Below, in pieces: positions 44,269 to 56,171 of a stretch of 64,000 nt of DNA (position 1 is its first letter; each line of letters starts with the position of its first letter). The notes under the pieces were generated by a model. The model was given only the letters and a program-made list of their open reading frames with translations, ran no database searches and was not told where the DNA came from. The position numbers were made by a program, and so were the translations under genes. The DNA comes from Macrostomum lignano (taxonomy: Eukaryota): positions 248,001 to 312,000 of the forward strand of contig NIVC01000217.1 in NCBI GenBank assembly GCA_002269645.1, written 5' to 3'.

Positions 44269-45911
44269 TGTAGAAAAAATACTTAACTAAAGACTACAGA
44301 CTATTTAATTGGAGTTAAATTGAAGGAGCAGGAGGAGCAGGAGGAGCAGGAGGAGCAGTAAGTGGGCGCAGGGCCCAAACCGATATATTTATAGAACATT
44401 TAACTTTGGGGGGTTGAGCCCAGAATAATAAAGAGAGGGGGTGGAGTGCGCGACTGAGGAAAGAGGCGAGAACGGAGAGCCAATCAGAACGCAGCAAGGG
44501 AGAGAGAGATAAGAATAACAAGATTGAGCTAGACAGAGAGAGAGAAAACGGAGTAAACAGAGACAAGTGAAGGTGAACTAAGAAATGACTAGGAAAGTCG
44601 CGACACTCCCCCCAAAAAATGGAACATTTTTTGAATTTTCGAGTACCAATAGAATTATGAATTAGAGTTCAAGAAACAACTTTAAAGCAAATTTAACAAT
44701 GGTGTACAAATACGACTAAGAATTTCAATACAAAACCTGTGGAGACTAGAGTGAATGCAAATTTGACCAAGAAATTTCACGTGTGCGATTTTAATGAATA
44801 AATTGTTACAACCAAATGAAAACTGACTACATCTACCCTCCCCCCTAAAAAATTAATTTAATTTTTTACATTGTGACTACATGGTGAAAGAAAAAATTGA
44901 ATGACGAATTAACGAGGCGATCTGGCAGGCGATGAGCGAAGAGACGATCCGGCAGGCGAGCCCAAAGGCGCCCCGGCCGAGAATTTGAACCGAGAGAGAC
45001 CGGGGACACCGCAGGACGCACCCCCGGCAGACGAAGAGCGAAGAGACGATCCGGCAGGCGAGCCCAGAGGCGCCCCGGCCGAGAATTTGAAACCGAGAGA
45101 GACCGAGGACACCGCAGGACGCACCCCCGGCAGACGATGAGCGAAGAGAGTCGAGACGATCCGGCAGGCGAGCCCAGAGGCGCCCCGGCCGAGAATTTGA
45201 AACCGAGAGAGACCGAGGACACCGCAGGACGCACCCCCGGCAGACGATGAGCGAAGAGAGTCGAGACGATCCGGCAGGCGAGCCCAGAGGCGCCCCGGCC
45301 GAGAATTTGAAACCGAGAGAGACCGAGGACACCGCAGGACGCACCCCCGGCAGACGATGAGCGACGACTACATGTAGATGAAGGAGCACCGGCAGACAGT
45401 CGAGACGAGATGAGATGGGATGAGACTGCTCTGGCCGACAGTTGACGAGATGGGAGTGCGCAGTCGACGAACGATGAGACGAGGAGACTGGTGGCGGGCT
45501 ACGAAGATGGCATGGCCTTTGCCAGCCTAACTGAATTGACCTATATTGACTAAATTATTTTACATTGGGCGCCATGTTGAAAAAATACTTAACTAAAGAC
45601 TACAGACTATTTAATTGGAGTTAAATTGAAGGAGCAGGAGGAGCAGGAGGAGCAGGAGGAGCAGTAAGTGGGCGCAGGGCCCAAACCGATATATTTATAG
45701 AACATTTAACTTTGGGGGGTTGAGCCCAGAATAATAAAGAGAGGGGGTGGAGTGCGCGACTGAGGAAAGAGGCGAGAACGGAGAGCCAATCAGAACGCAG
45801 CAAGGGAGAGAGAGATAAGAATAACAAGATTGAGCTAGACAGAGAGAGAGAAAACGGAGTAAACAGAGACAAGTGAAGGTGAACTAAGAAATGACTAGGA
45901 AAGTCGCGACA
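44269..45911 (-). mobile_element. Non-autonomous LTR retrotransposon (TRIM-like)
   Basis: 337-bp TG...CA LTRs (44269-44605, 45575-45911), 5-bp TSD ATCCT, PBS TGGCGCCCAA, PPT GGGGGGAG, non-coding interior. Confidence 0.92.
44940..45365. repeat. ~110-bp GC-rich tandem repeat (about 4 copies) inside the TRIM
   Basis: Unit GAGACGATCCGGCAGGCGAGCCC...CAGACGATGAGCGA. Confidence 0.9.
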
Positions 45912-46032
45912 ATCCTTGCACAGCATTGGTAGGCGATTCTTCCATTATTGGCTTCTTCCAACAAATATACTCGCAATAAGAAGAACCTTTTCAGCAACTG
46001 TTTGTTTAGTCACTCTCTGGAATTTTTTCCCA

Positions 46033-46860
46033 ATGCTGAAACTCTGCGCTCTGTTGCTCTGCTGGGCATTTGGCTACGAACGCTGCGCCGCTGCTGCGCT
46101 GCCGCCTCAACCGCTGGAGTTTCGCCACCTCGGCTGCTACCTGGATGGCGCTGATGGCAACCGAGATCTTGCAGGACTGGAGGGTGTCGAAAATTTTGGA
46201 GAGTTTGAGACTCACCCACTCGCCCCAGCATTTGGTTACGATAGCGCCAAGATGACATTGGAAATGGGCAGCCAGATGTGCTCTTACGGCCGATTTCGCT
46301 ACTTTGGAGTTCAGCATCATAAGTTCTGCTGCTGCGGCTCGGCCTACGGATCGAACGGCATCGCACCGGCTGGCAACTGCAGCTCAAATTGCAACGGAAA
46401 CTCGTCTCAGATTTGCGGTGGAGCTTCAAGAAATTCCATCTACGAATTGACTTACTCACCAAGTAAGCGTTTCGGATTAACGCAGCTCGTAGCGCGCAAA
46501 CGCAGGTTATGTGAATTTAGCGAAGGACGACCTAATAAATAAGCTTTTTAACCAACAATATTCGAATACATTTGACCCATTAAAGATAAAAATGTTTTCA
46601 TCCACATTTCCGCAGTCGATCCGGTGATGCCGAAACTGCCAGTGACGTCTCTGCCGAACATCACAGCCTCCGCAAGCTCCATCACTCACCGCAGCATCGC
46701 AGCCAGCAGTGCCGTTGAATGCGCCACCATCTGCCACGGCAGCCCGGACTGTCAGGGCTGCGCCTTCGTGCCTTCGAGCCGCATGTGCCGCCTGCTGAGA
46801 TTCGCCGCTGTGCCCGCTGAGGTGGCCAGCGAGGCTGAGTGGGTCTGGATGAAGCTGTGA
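46033..46860 (+). CDS. WSC-PAN gene 4, intact, 224 aa (exons 46033-46462, 46616-46860)
   Basis: Signal MLKLCALLLCWAFG, WSC, donor A|gtaagc, acceptor tttccgcag|, PAN ECATICHGSPDC...CRLL; spliced length 675 nt. Confidence 0.85.
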
Positions 46861-47121
46861 GAATGAGTTGGTCTGGATGAAGCTGTGAGGCTGAGTGGGT
46901 CTGGATGAATCTGTGAGAATGAGTTGGTCTGGATGAAGCTGTGAGACTGAGTGGGTCTGGATGAAGCTGTGAGGCTGAGTGGGTCTGGATGAAGCTGTGA
47001 GACTGAGTTGGTCTGGATGAAGCTGTGAGGCTGAGTGGGTATGGATGAAGCTGTGAGGCTGAGTGGGTCTGGATGAAGCTGTGAGGCTGAGTGGGTCTGG
47101 ATGAAGCTGTGAGGCTGAGTG
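46830..47121 (+). repeat. 28-bp minisatellite (about 10 copies) beginning in the last codons of gene 4
   Basis: Same unit as 3530-4057. Confidence 0.9.
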
Positions 47122-49851
47122 ACAGGGGGGACGAAGCTCCGAGTGGAGCATAGTCGTCTTAGCTCGTCTGGACGATTTTGACCCGCTATATATCTTTCGT
47201 GGAAAAAATACAATCACTAATATCCTCACATTGTAACAATTTTGTGTTAAGACCTCAATGAAAAAGTATTTTTGTTCTTATTGTTTCTGCTCTAGTTCCT
47301 CAACGCTGCGTCCTAGACTAATGTTAGATTGCGCGACAAATGAAGCCGTTTTTAGCAAGGGACGGAGCGACTTTCACTAAAGCGGATACTGTGTCCGTGG
47401 ATCGAATACTCGAATTCTCGGAACTTAAGCTGCTGTAGTGCTGTCAAGCCTACTCATAACCGAAGTATAATCTGCAACATTAAACAGTTGCCACTCTATG
47501 CGCCAGTGAGCATTTTTTCTTGGACTATTCTAAAATAAAAGATACGAGAAAACTGATCAGGTAGCTTTAATCCATCCAACCCCCGCACACCGCTCCCCGC
47601 ACTTCATTCATCAACTCAAGTCTGCCTTGGCGTAGCAAAGTTGCGTCACTCGCAAAGATTGAGCCAAGGGGATACTTTACAAGTACCTGCACTCTCAAAA
47701 GTGGCGACCACAGACGGAATCTTCCGTAATGGCGACTGAGTATAGTTTTCTGTTATTCCGACTATTGTGCAATCAAGACAACTGAGTGAAACGTTATGAG
47801 AAAACTGTTTTCACTATTTTAAAACAAACTAACATTTGTTCCCAATTTTTCAAGGATTCTCGTAGCGTATTTGCTGGGTCCTCGTATTCTTTCGTGTTGT
47901 TACTGGTATTGTTTTTTTTTCTTACGCTAGTAAGGGTCAAGCTTCCTGGGGAAATGGCTCAGCAGCTGCGCGGCGTGCCGGTGCCAATGGCCACCTGAGC
48001 ATCCTGCCAGCTTTAGCCGGTATGGCTGGCCGCTTGGATTTAAGCGTGCCCCTCCCCAACCGTGCGCCCTGCACCGTGCTCTGTGCTGGTTGGCTGCGGT
48101 CAGGCTGACTGTGGCGCAGGTGCTGGACACGGCTATGGGCGGGGTTTTGATTGGCTGGCGGCCCTTTGCGCGGTTTTGCGGGCTTAGCCGGTGGTGCCGT
48201 CGGCCCCCCACCCCTAGGTCTGGGTCTTTATTTTTATTGTTACTTTGCGCACTTTTTCTCTCACCTCTGGTTAATAAATTCGGCTAATTATCTAGGAGTT
48301 TGCAAAGGCCCAAAAGAAAACCCCAACAGAACGAGTGAAACTCCAACATTAGTAAAAAATAATGCAGTACCGATTGAGTTGCCTGGATCCGTAAGAGCTT
48401 ACTAGTCTAACACTGTTATCGTAGCGTCGTGTGCGAGAGTTCTTTACTCAGCTTCTGGTAAGCAGTTTGCTTCAAGTCATTCTTTCCGCTAAGCTGGTTA
48501 GACTAAGGGGCCAACAGTTTCTTTTTTGCCATAGCGTCATAATGCCAGGAGAGCGGAGCAGTCATTTCAGGGTACACTGGCGGACCACGTACGCATATTC
48601 AATACTGTACTATACATGTAGTTTTGCGGTAGTCCGTGAATACGCACAAACAAGTGTCGCAACTTCTCTGGTAGCAACTCGAGTTCTGAGCGTCATCACA
48701 CCAGAACAAGCTTATTGCGTACACAGAGAGTCATTTCGCCTGTCTGTATTCCTATCAGTAATATGTAGAGCGTCACTACGCCTGTTTTTACTTATTCATT
48801 GCACTTGGGTTGAGCGCCCGAACCGAACCGACTCCAGTTACATACTACAATATAGTGTTGAAAGTTACAGATTCCTTCATGCAAATTCTGCAAAAGGCTG
48901 TTATGGATATCATCAAGTTGCCTCTTTTCCTGAGGCTCTTAACATATGTAGGAGGAAGGTACAACTGAACTAAACTGAATATTAAACTTTATTAGAGTTA
49001 GCTCGTAATACAATGCGTATATGTAGAAGAGATTTTGAATCGGGGAGCTCATGATATGCAATTTACGAGCGTATTTTTTAGAGCATGGAGACTGCTATGT
49101 GGATCAGCATTCAGGAATTATAAATAATTTGTGACTCGCGCTACCGCAGAAAATATTTCAGTTTTCTTTGAGACAGAATATAAAATACGTTCCGCAACAG
49201 TATCCTCAAATCTTGTCGAATGACGGATTCAAGGAGCTGAGGAAAGCATTTTAGATGACTAAACAAACTCCAGTAGTGGGCAGCATAGCAGACTGTCTCG
49301 AATTCGAGATGGAGAAGTTGATATTGATCCACCAAAGCACGACACTTACTTGCTGTCCATCATTCTTAGTACAATGCAAGGAGTGTTCGATACTCTCACC
49401 AAAACGCAGTGAACTCACAAACAAAGGAGTCCCTCCGGAGCGGCTCGTTCGTCGCTGGTGAGGGGATGTGGCATCACAAGAGTGCATAGCTGATATGGCC
49501 ATGTGTTGAGCAGTCCGTCGATGGTATTTTCCAATTAAGACAGTTTCATTTCTTGCGCCTCAAAACTAAATAGAAATACACAGACTTGAGCACGACTCTG
49601 GGGCATCGATGCCCATTTAGTTTTTACGCCATAGGCCCCAGAGTGTTCAGCCTCCCGGCACGACACAAACCGCCAGCGTCAGGTAGAGCCTCGGACTGCA
49701 GGACATCAGAAAAAAAGGCAGCCAAAGCAAGACCGCGGCAACACTGCAGATCCTCACAGCCTGTCGGCATCAGTCGACACGCATACTCACTTCACTGAAC
49801 TCTTATTAGTGCACTGGCTCATATCCAACCAGATCGTTTCTAGAAAGCCGG

Positions 49852-49859
49852 TATAAAAG
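49852..49859 (+). promoter_or_regulatory. TATA box of WSC-PAN gene 5
   Basis: TATAAAAG in a conserved upstream block; the same motif is at 62498-62505 and is mutated to TATGAAAG at 58269. Confidence 0.6.
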
Positions 49860-49940
49860 CAAACAAAGACAGCTTTAATCATCGCTTCCTACACTCGTAT
49901 GAGCAGCAGCAGAATTGAAATCCCATCTGCTCAAGTAACT

Positions 49941-50659
49941 ATGCTGAGGACCATCGCCTGCATTGTGGGTCTCGCCGTCCCGGTGCTTTGTGTTGCCGGT
50001 AAAGCAACTCAGATGTCCTACATTGGCTGCTATGTGGACAACGAAGGCCGAGACCTGAGAGGACTCTCTTCAGTGAGCAAAATCGGACAGTTTAGCATCG
50101 ATAAGAGTACTTTCTCACTGAAAAGCGAGAGTATGACGCACGAGCTCTGCATCAGCGTCTGCTCTTTGGGCGGCTTCCCGTACTTCGGTATTCAGGTCGG
50201 TGAGGAGTGCTTCTGTGGCACCTCCTACGGATCTCTGGGAGCTGCTTGCGAGACCGACTGCAACCGCGTTTGCACTGGGAACAGAGCTTCTAAATGCGGA
50301 GGCCCGTGGCGCAATTCCGTATTTGCTTTGACCTATCCGAGTAAGTTTTTATTACAACGATTTTATTAGAGTTTTCAAATGTAATTTCGGCCCATTTTGT
50401 AAAAGTTTGTGTAATTCTTTTAGAGAGACAGTACTTTGAGCAGTCGCAGAGGCCCAACCAGACAGTGGAGTCCATCCACAGCACCTACTGGACCAGCGCT
50501 GCCCGATCCGATTCCGAGTGCATGTTGCTGTGCGAGGCCTCAGCTGCCTGCCAGGCTGTGATTTTCTCTGGCCAGCAGCGCCTGTGCCACTTGCTGAGAT
50601 TCGCCTACCCGCCTGCAAGCCTGAGCAGCACCGATGGAGACTTCTTTGCTCGTGGCTGA
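49941..50659 (+). CDS. WSC-PAN gene 5, intact, 211 aa (exons 49941-50340, 50424-50659)
   Basis: Signal MLRTIACIVGLAVPVLC, WSC, donor A|gtaagt, acceptor ttcttttag|, PAN ECMLLCEASAAC...CHLL. Confidence 0.88.
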
Positions 50660-51162
50660 CTGACTTTCGATCCTGTCAGCCTTTTTGATCTGATGTGAAA
50701 TAGAAAACAAAACCTCTTGCTAATTTTTCAGATAAAAGTGAAGCAAATTGCGTTCAGAGATTGGATTTTGAAAGAAATTTATTGTACTCTTCTAGAAGCT
50801 CTACATAGACTGTTCTGTCCTTCTTCAACGCATGTAACGTGTGATCAATAGAGTCTTAAAAAGCTTTATTCGAGTGTACTCTAAATTTTACAGCAAACTA
50901 CCATATAAGTAAGCTTCAGTAATAAAAAAGGTTAAAGCGTTTAATTTTCGTTAAATTCAAGTTTTTCTCAACGGCCAAAAAAAGGTTGACAAATTGCTTT
51001 GTAATTAAAGTACGCTTCTTGATTGAGGCCATGTTTCGTAGCAAATGTTCTGATCGTAATTATTTAAGCCTACTACGAGCATATGCTTTTCGTCATTTAA
51101 ATTTTTGCCCTACCATCAGCAGTCTGACGTGGCAGATTAATAGAGATTTTACACATACAAGC

Positions 51163-51267
51163 CTTAGAAAACCATGGAAATTAGAAATCAAAGTGGCTTT
51201 AGAAAACCATGGAAATTAGAAATCAAAGTGGCTTTAGAAAACCATGGAAATTAGAAATCAAAGTGGC
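51163..51267. repeat. 35-bp tandem repeat, 3 copies
   Basis: TTAGAAAACCATGGAAATTAGAAATCAAAGTGGCT. Confidence 0.9.
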
Positions 51268-52361
51268 TTTAACTGCGAACCAATGATTCGTTGGCCTTTA
51301 CAGCTGGAAGGCATGGTTAAAATAAAGAATGGCGCAGAGAGAACCATGTGCTAAAATCAGCCGGCATGGTAAACAGAGAAGATCGAGGAATGCATACGTA
51401 ACTGGTTTGGAGTTTGATGATCGTGAAACATTACAAAGTAATAGCAAAAAACTTAATTTCATTGTGTTTTCAGTTCTTCAGTTCTTTTGCGCAATTTCAA
51501 GTTTCTGTGAGCGCTACGTGAAAACAAGATGGAAGTCGCTGTGGTAGAGTGAAGCCTCAAATCTGTAACGCGTGTGTGTGATATTTACACAGAGCCTAAC
51601 TGGTACATATTGCACAGTGCCAGTGCATCAGTGAAATTCAATATTTACAATATTTAAGCTATTTCTCTCGGTCTTTAACTCGTCAAGTTACTTTGGCTAT
51701 TCTACAAATATATCGCAAGCATTCACATTCGTTATTAAGCAACAATCAGCTCCTGACTTTCGCGTCACGTCAAGTCCTTCTTATCATGCCGCTGGCCAGA
51801 CTACTGAAGTGCTTACTACTTATTTGGCGCCACAGGCACTCATTTCGACCCCAGGAGCAAAATTCTGGATTTCCATTAAGCTGTATAAGTTTAAGAGTTT
51901 TTTCGGTCAATAATGCGTTGGCAGGTCTCCCACAGCTTCTACTGGGGCAGGACATGCCCCCTGTGTCTTCTGGCGACGGCCCGATCTGAATACTTCAGCA
52001 CTATTCTACCAATATACTTACTCTTGAAAATTAAGTGACCTTTCATTAGAATTGCTTTTTAGCGAATCGTACCTCTTACTACACAAAAAATTTCAGCCAA
52101 ATGCGATGGTTGTCCCAATCCATTTTCATTGGCATCAGGTTTCGGCAACTGAGAAATTGTCTCACCTGAGAAGTCTGCATGCGAGCTAGAGTGGGATACA
52201 AACATCTGGCTTTTAGGCCACTCAAAAAAAATTTGCTGCTGCGAGATATTTTAATCAGTCTTCCATTAGCAGATGTGTCTAGATAAGTTGATCAGCAGTA
52301 TTTGTTTTTCATTGTTTAGCAATTTGACGATCATTATTCACATTTTTAATGCAGAACAATA

Positions 52362-53132
52362 TATAACTTTTAACAATTTTTTGGACATAATTGTGAAGTT
52401 AATTTAGTCAATAGCCAGCTCAGTCCTAGAAAAGTGAGTTTGATTTAGTCAGCAGTCAGGATTTACCATAGACTATGGTAAAGAAATGAAATTGATTTAG
52501 TCAAGGTTCTCTAAATCCGTCTTTCGTAACTTTTATTAACTTTTTTTAGTCGTTATATCTTTGAGAAGAACACAAACGAACACAACACAACACAAGACAC
52601 AACAAATTATTGTTACGACGCTTCACTTTTCAACTCAATCAACGATGTCTTCGATGTCTTTCGTGGCAATGCAGCGGGGTATGTACTGAAGGCTCTCACG
52701 ATGCCAAGCTTCGCAGTGAGGCAGCTGCTATACTGACCTCCAGTCCACGCTCAAGAAACGGAGAATACGGTGATAAAGGCTTGAACTCTTGCTCTACCTC
52801 CATGGCTGGTGGATTCCAATGGGCACGAGCATTGTCGAACAGAAGGCAGAACGGCTCATCAACCAATGCAGACAGTTCAGCCATGAACTCTGCAACCAAA
52901 CTATGCAAGCCATGAACTCTGCCGCCATGATGACTAAATAAAATTCACTTTGACTAAAATCAAGTCATGGAAGGGTTTAAATACGTGGCACTTGACTAAA
53001 TCGATTTCATTTCTTAACTATAGTCTATGGTAAACCTCGACTGCTGACTAAATCAAACTCACTTTTCTAGGACTGAGCTGACTAATGACTAAATTAACTT
53101 CACTTATGTCCAAAAAATTGTTAAAAGGTATA
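52362..53132 (-). mobile_element. Internally deleted IS630-Tc1-mariner element
   Basis: ~150-bp TIRs; interior fragment LLFDNARAH...PLSPYSPFL matches the DDE region. Confidence 0.75.
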
Positions 53133-55765
53133 TTACTACAAACAATGTATGATTATCAAGAGGTCAAGCTTCACACAAAACTGCCATAGCGTCGAGGCAG
53201 TGGAATAGTGGAATTGTGTCTAGTTTCGTCCAAAAACCAATGCAAACCGGCTATGACACAACTTCCCAGACGGAAATTGTTCACTAAGCGATTCTAGGGA
53301 TTTGTGTCATAGGTATTTTCCACTTGGCGCAAGCCAAATGATGGCCAAAGACTAAACGTTTGGAACGAAAATTTTAGCGGAACAGTCTGAAATTACCATA
53401 GACGAAACATGTTAATTGAAGTTGTGGTCTTATAAGTTGGAACTCTGCGGCAGAGGATACATGTTCCTGTTTCTTCTGTTTGCCCTAACCTCCATTCATG
53501 CCACTCATACGAATGATAAATTGGTCGAATTTGCCGATTGAAAGCATTGACGGCTTGAATGGAAATGAGGTCAACTTTCTCAGCGACTTGAGTGTCAGGC
53601 CATGCAGAGTCCAGTGAATGCTGTTCAGCCTATTCAGCCCGAGTCTCGCCTCGTGGAGCAGCCTCAGGCCATGCAGAGTCCAGTGAATGCTATGCTGTTC
53701 AGCCTAGTCAGGGTTCAACTTCGTGGAAGAGCGTCAGTCGCAAGTTCAAAGCAGTGGTTCCACGTTTGTTGGTGCAGTGAAGTCGGGTCCTGCTGGATTT
53801 CAGTTTTCTACCTGCACGTTCACCAACTGCACATTTACCATTCATCGGAAGGACTGAATGAACTGTCGATTCTAGCTCTACTCATCGATTATTGCGGAAC
53901 AATTGGTCCACGTTTCATTATGCCCACGTTACCGTTTTCGTATATTTATGCAATCTGTTTATTCAGCTTGGTTGTATTGAATAAAAAATATCCTCGCAAA
54001 CGCATTGATACAGGAATATACAGATTGCTCATCTGCAAATGGGTATATCCAAATATAACCCGTTGGGAATAGCTATCCAAAGATGGGGGGCAGCTTGACC
54101 ATAGACTATTCGCAGATAAGCAATCTGTTGTATTCCTGTTTCGATGGCTGAAAGGCGCGCAAAAATTTACTTAGTTCACAATTTCCGTCGACGCAATCGT
54201 TTGTGGCCCAAACGAAACTAGACACAATGCATTGTCTGTAGAATCGTCAAACAGAAAAACATTGCAAAGAATCGGCGGGCGCAGCACGTGATAACGATTC
54301 GTCTACGGTTATCACAATCGTTATGACAATCGTTGTCATGTCACGCACTGGGACCGCTGATTATTTATCCATTCGGCCGTATGCAGAAAGCTTAGTCCAG
54401 ACCACAGATACTAAAACGATCATCGGTGGGATGCTGTTCCTGACAGAGAGCTGGTGTTGCCACGACTAATCAGGGAGAAGCCACTAGAAATAATTCGGAG
54501 TGACGATGCGGTTGATAATACGTACCCACCTGTTCTGTCGCGCTTTGACGTGGAAGACGCAGTTCCAGAAGCAGATCAGATTCCTTCAATGGCAGTTGAT
54601 TTAGCTAGCGCTGCTCCACCAGAACCAACTGCGTCTTGCTCTGCATCATTTCTACGGCTGCATGCATCGTCCAGCAAGTAGCTGGAAACCTACGACGAAA
54701 GCTGTGTCGGCAGGAGAAGACGATCGATAAGCTGCTATACTATCGATAAAGTATAAAGTAAAATTTTGTTTTCAGAATGCTTTTGTCTTGCCCAAAAGCT
54801 TTATATGTAGGAGTACAATATTTATTTTTGTGAAATCTTCTTTCAATCTGTGTATACATGATAAGTTGATACGACCCTGTGCATCAAAATATATATACAT
54901 GTAAGTGCAATGCGCTTGCCTCTATTATAACAAGTTTAAACCAAGCCCACATTTTTGTTAATTTTTTTCATTTTCCGTCGGTGTAAATAAACTTCAATAA
55001 ACTTCAATGATTGAAAAATGAGGGTCTGAAATGTCATAAATTTTTTGTCTACATCATAATCTAAATATAATATTAAAATTTTACTTGGTGCACAAATATA
55101 TCCAAAAAACTCTATACAGACGCCCAATTGAAAGTAGCTTATTCATGAAATAGGCGAGTGACCCATCTAGTGTTTTTTTATAAATGGTCCAGACTAGCTA
55201 GTCCGGACTTGGGTAGTTCGGTCTATAGTCTATGGTCTAGCTACCTTAGTTCTGTCTATAGCAGATCGGTCTAACTTTGTGCTTCTGCATACCAAATCCA
55301 AGTCGAGACTAGCTTTTCAAGACTGGACTACCCTAGACAGAGCTTTCTGCATACGGCCCATTGTCAAACGATTTCGCTTTTGTCTTCTATGGTAAAAACA
55401 AAATCGTTAGCCAATGATGTCGACGCACTGCTTTCGAGTGCAGCAAAGACCTAGGCACGAGTGCGCTCGATGGAGCCAGTAAGTATTCCGGATTCAGATA
55501 CTGTTGCGATATCGTGCGCACTCGTGCCTCGTGCCTAGGTCGTTGCTGCATTCGAAAGCAGTGCGTCATCTCTACATTATCGACTTTTCTACCCCCATCT
55601 GCTTTTACAAACTCAGCCAGTAGCTTCGAATTGTTTACCGTGTCCTGCACTTCACTCATTCGGCTGTTGGGAATAAATTCGCTTCACACCCGAGCTGATT
55701 TCACAGAAGCTTTTCCAGAGTATCGGGACAAAACGCAGCGCTGCTGCTTCTTGGTACTGGACACC

Positions 55766-56171
55766 ATGAAAGCATTGAGAAAGTGGCAACTCTGATTGTT
55801 GTGGCGCTGTCCCTGAACCTCTCGCTTCCGAGCGCTGCTGGGAGACTATCTCGGATGCTACGTGGACTCGAGGAACGATGCCACTGACCTTCACAGACTG
55901 CGGGGAGTGCACAGCATGGCCGAGTTCTCCATGCTCTCCATTGGCCGCGTCTCCTTGAAGTCCATGACGCTGGAGCTGTGCAGCCGCATCTGCTCTCTGG
56001 GCGGCTTCCCGTACTTCAGCCTGCAGTACGGCAAGGAGTGCTACTGCGGGCTGTCGTACGGCTCCCAAGGAGCGGCCAACCAAGCCGAATGCAACATGAC
56101 CTGCGCCGGTCAACCGACCGAGATCTGCGGCGGACGAGATCGAAACTCTGTCTACTCTCAGGCGTATTTGT
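55766..56171 (+). pseudogene. WSC gene 6, frameshifted 5' end, no PAN exon found
   Basis: Signal-like KVATLIVVALSL, then DYLGCYVD...MTLELCSRIC.LGGFPYF..QYGKECYCG...CGG in another frame; donor T|gtgagt. Confidence 0.75.

Noticed and set aside
47900-48240. GC-rich block resembling a solo repeat of another YR retrotransposon (similar style at 63940-64000)
   Set aside because: No second copy or ORFs in the window to confirm it.
53461-53540. Short signal-peptide-like ORF MFLFLLFALTSIHA
   Set aside because: Stops after 26 codons; no convincing donor or downstream exon.
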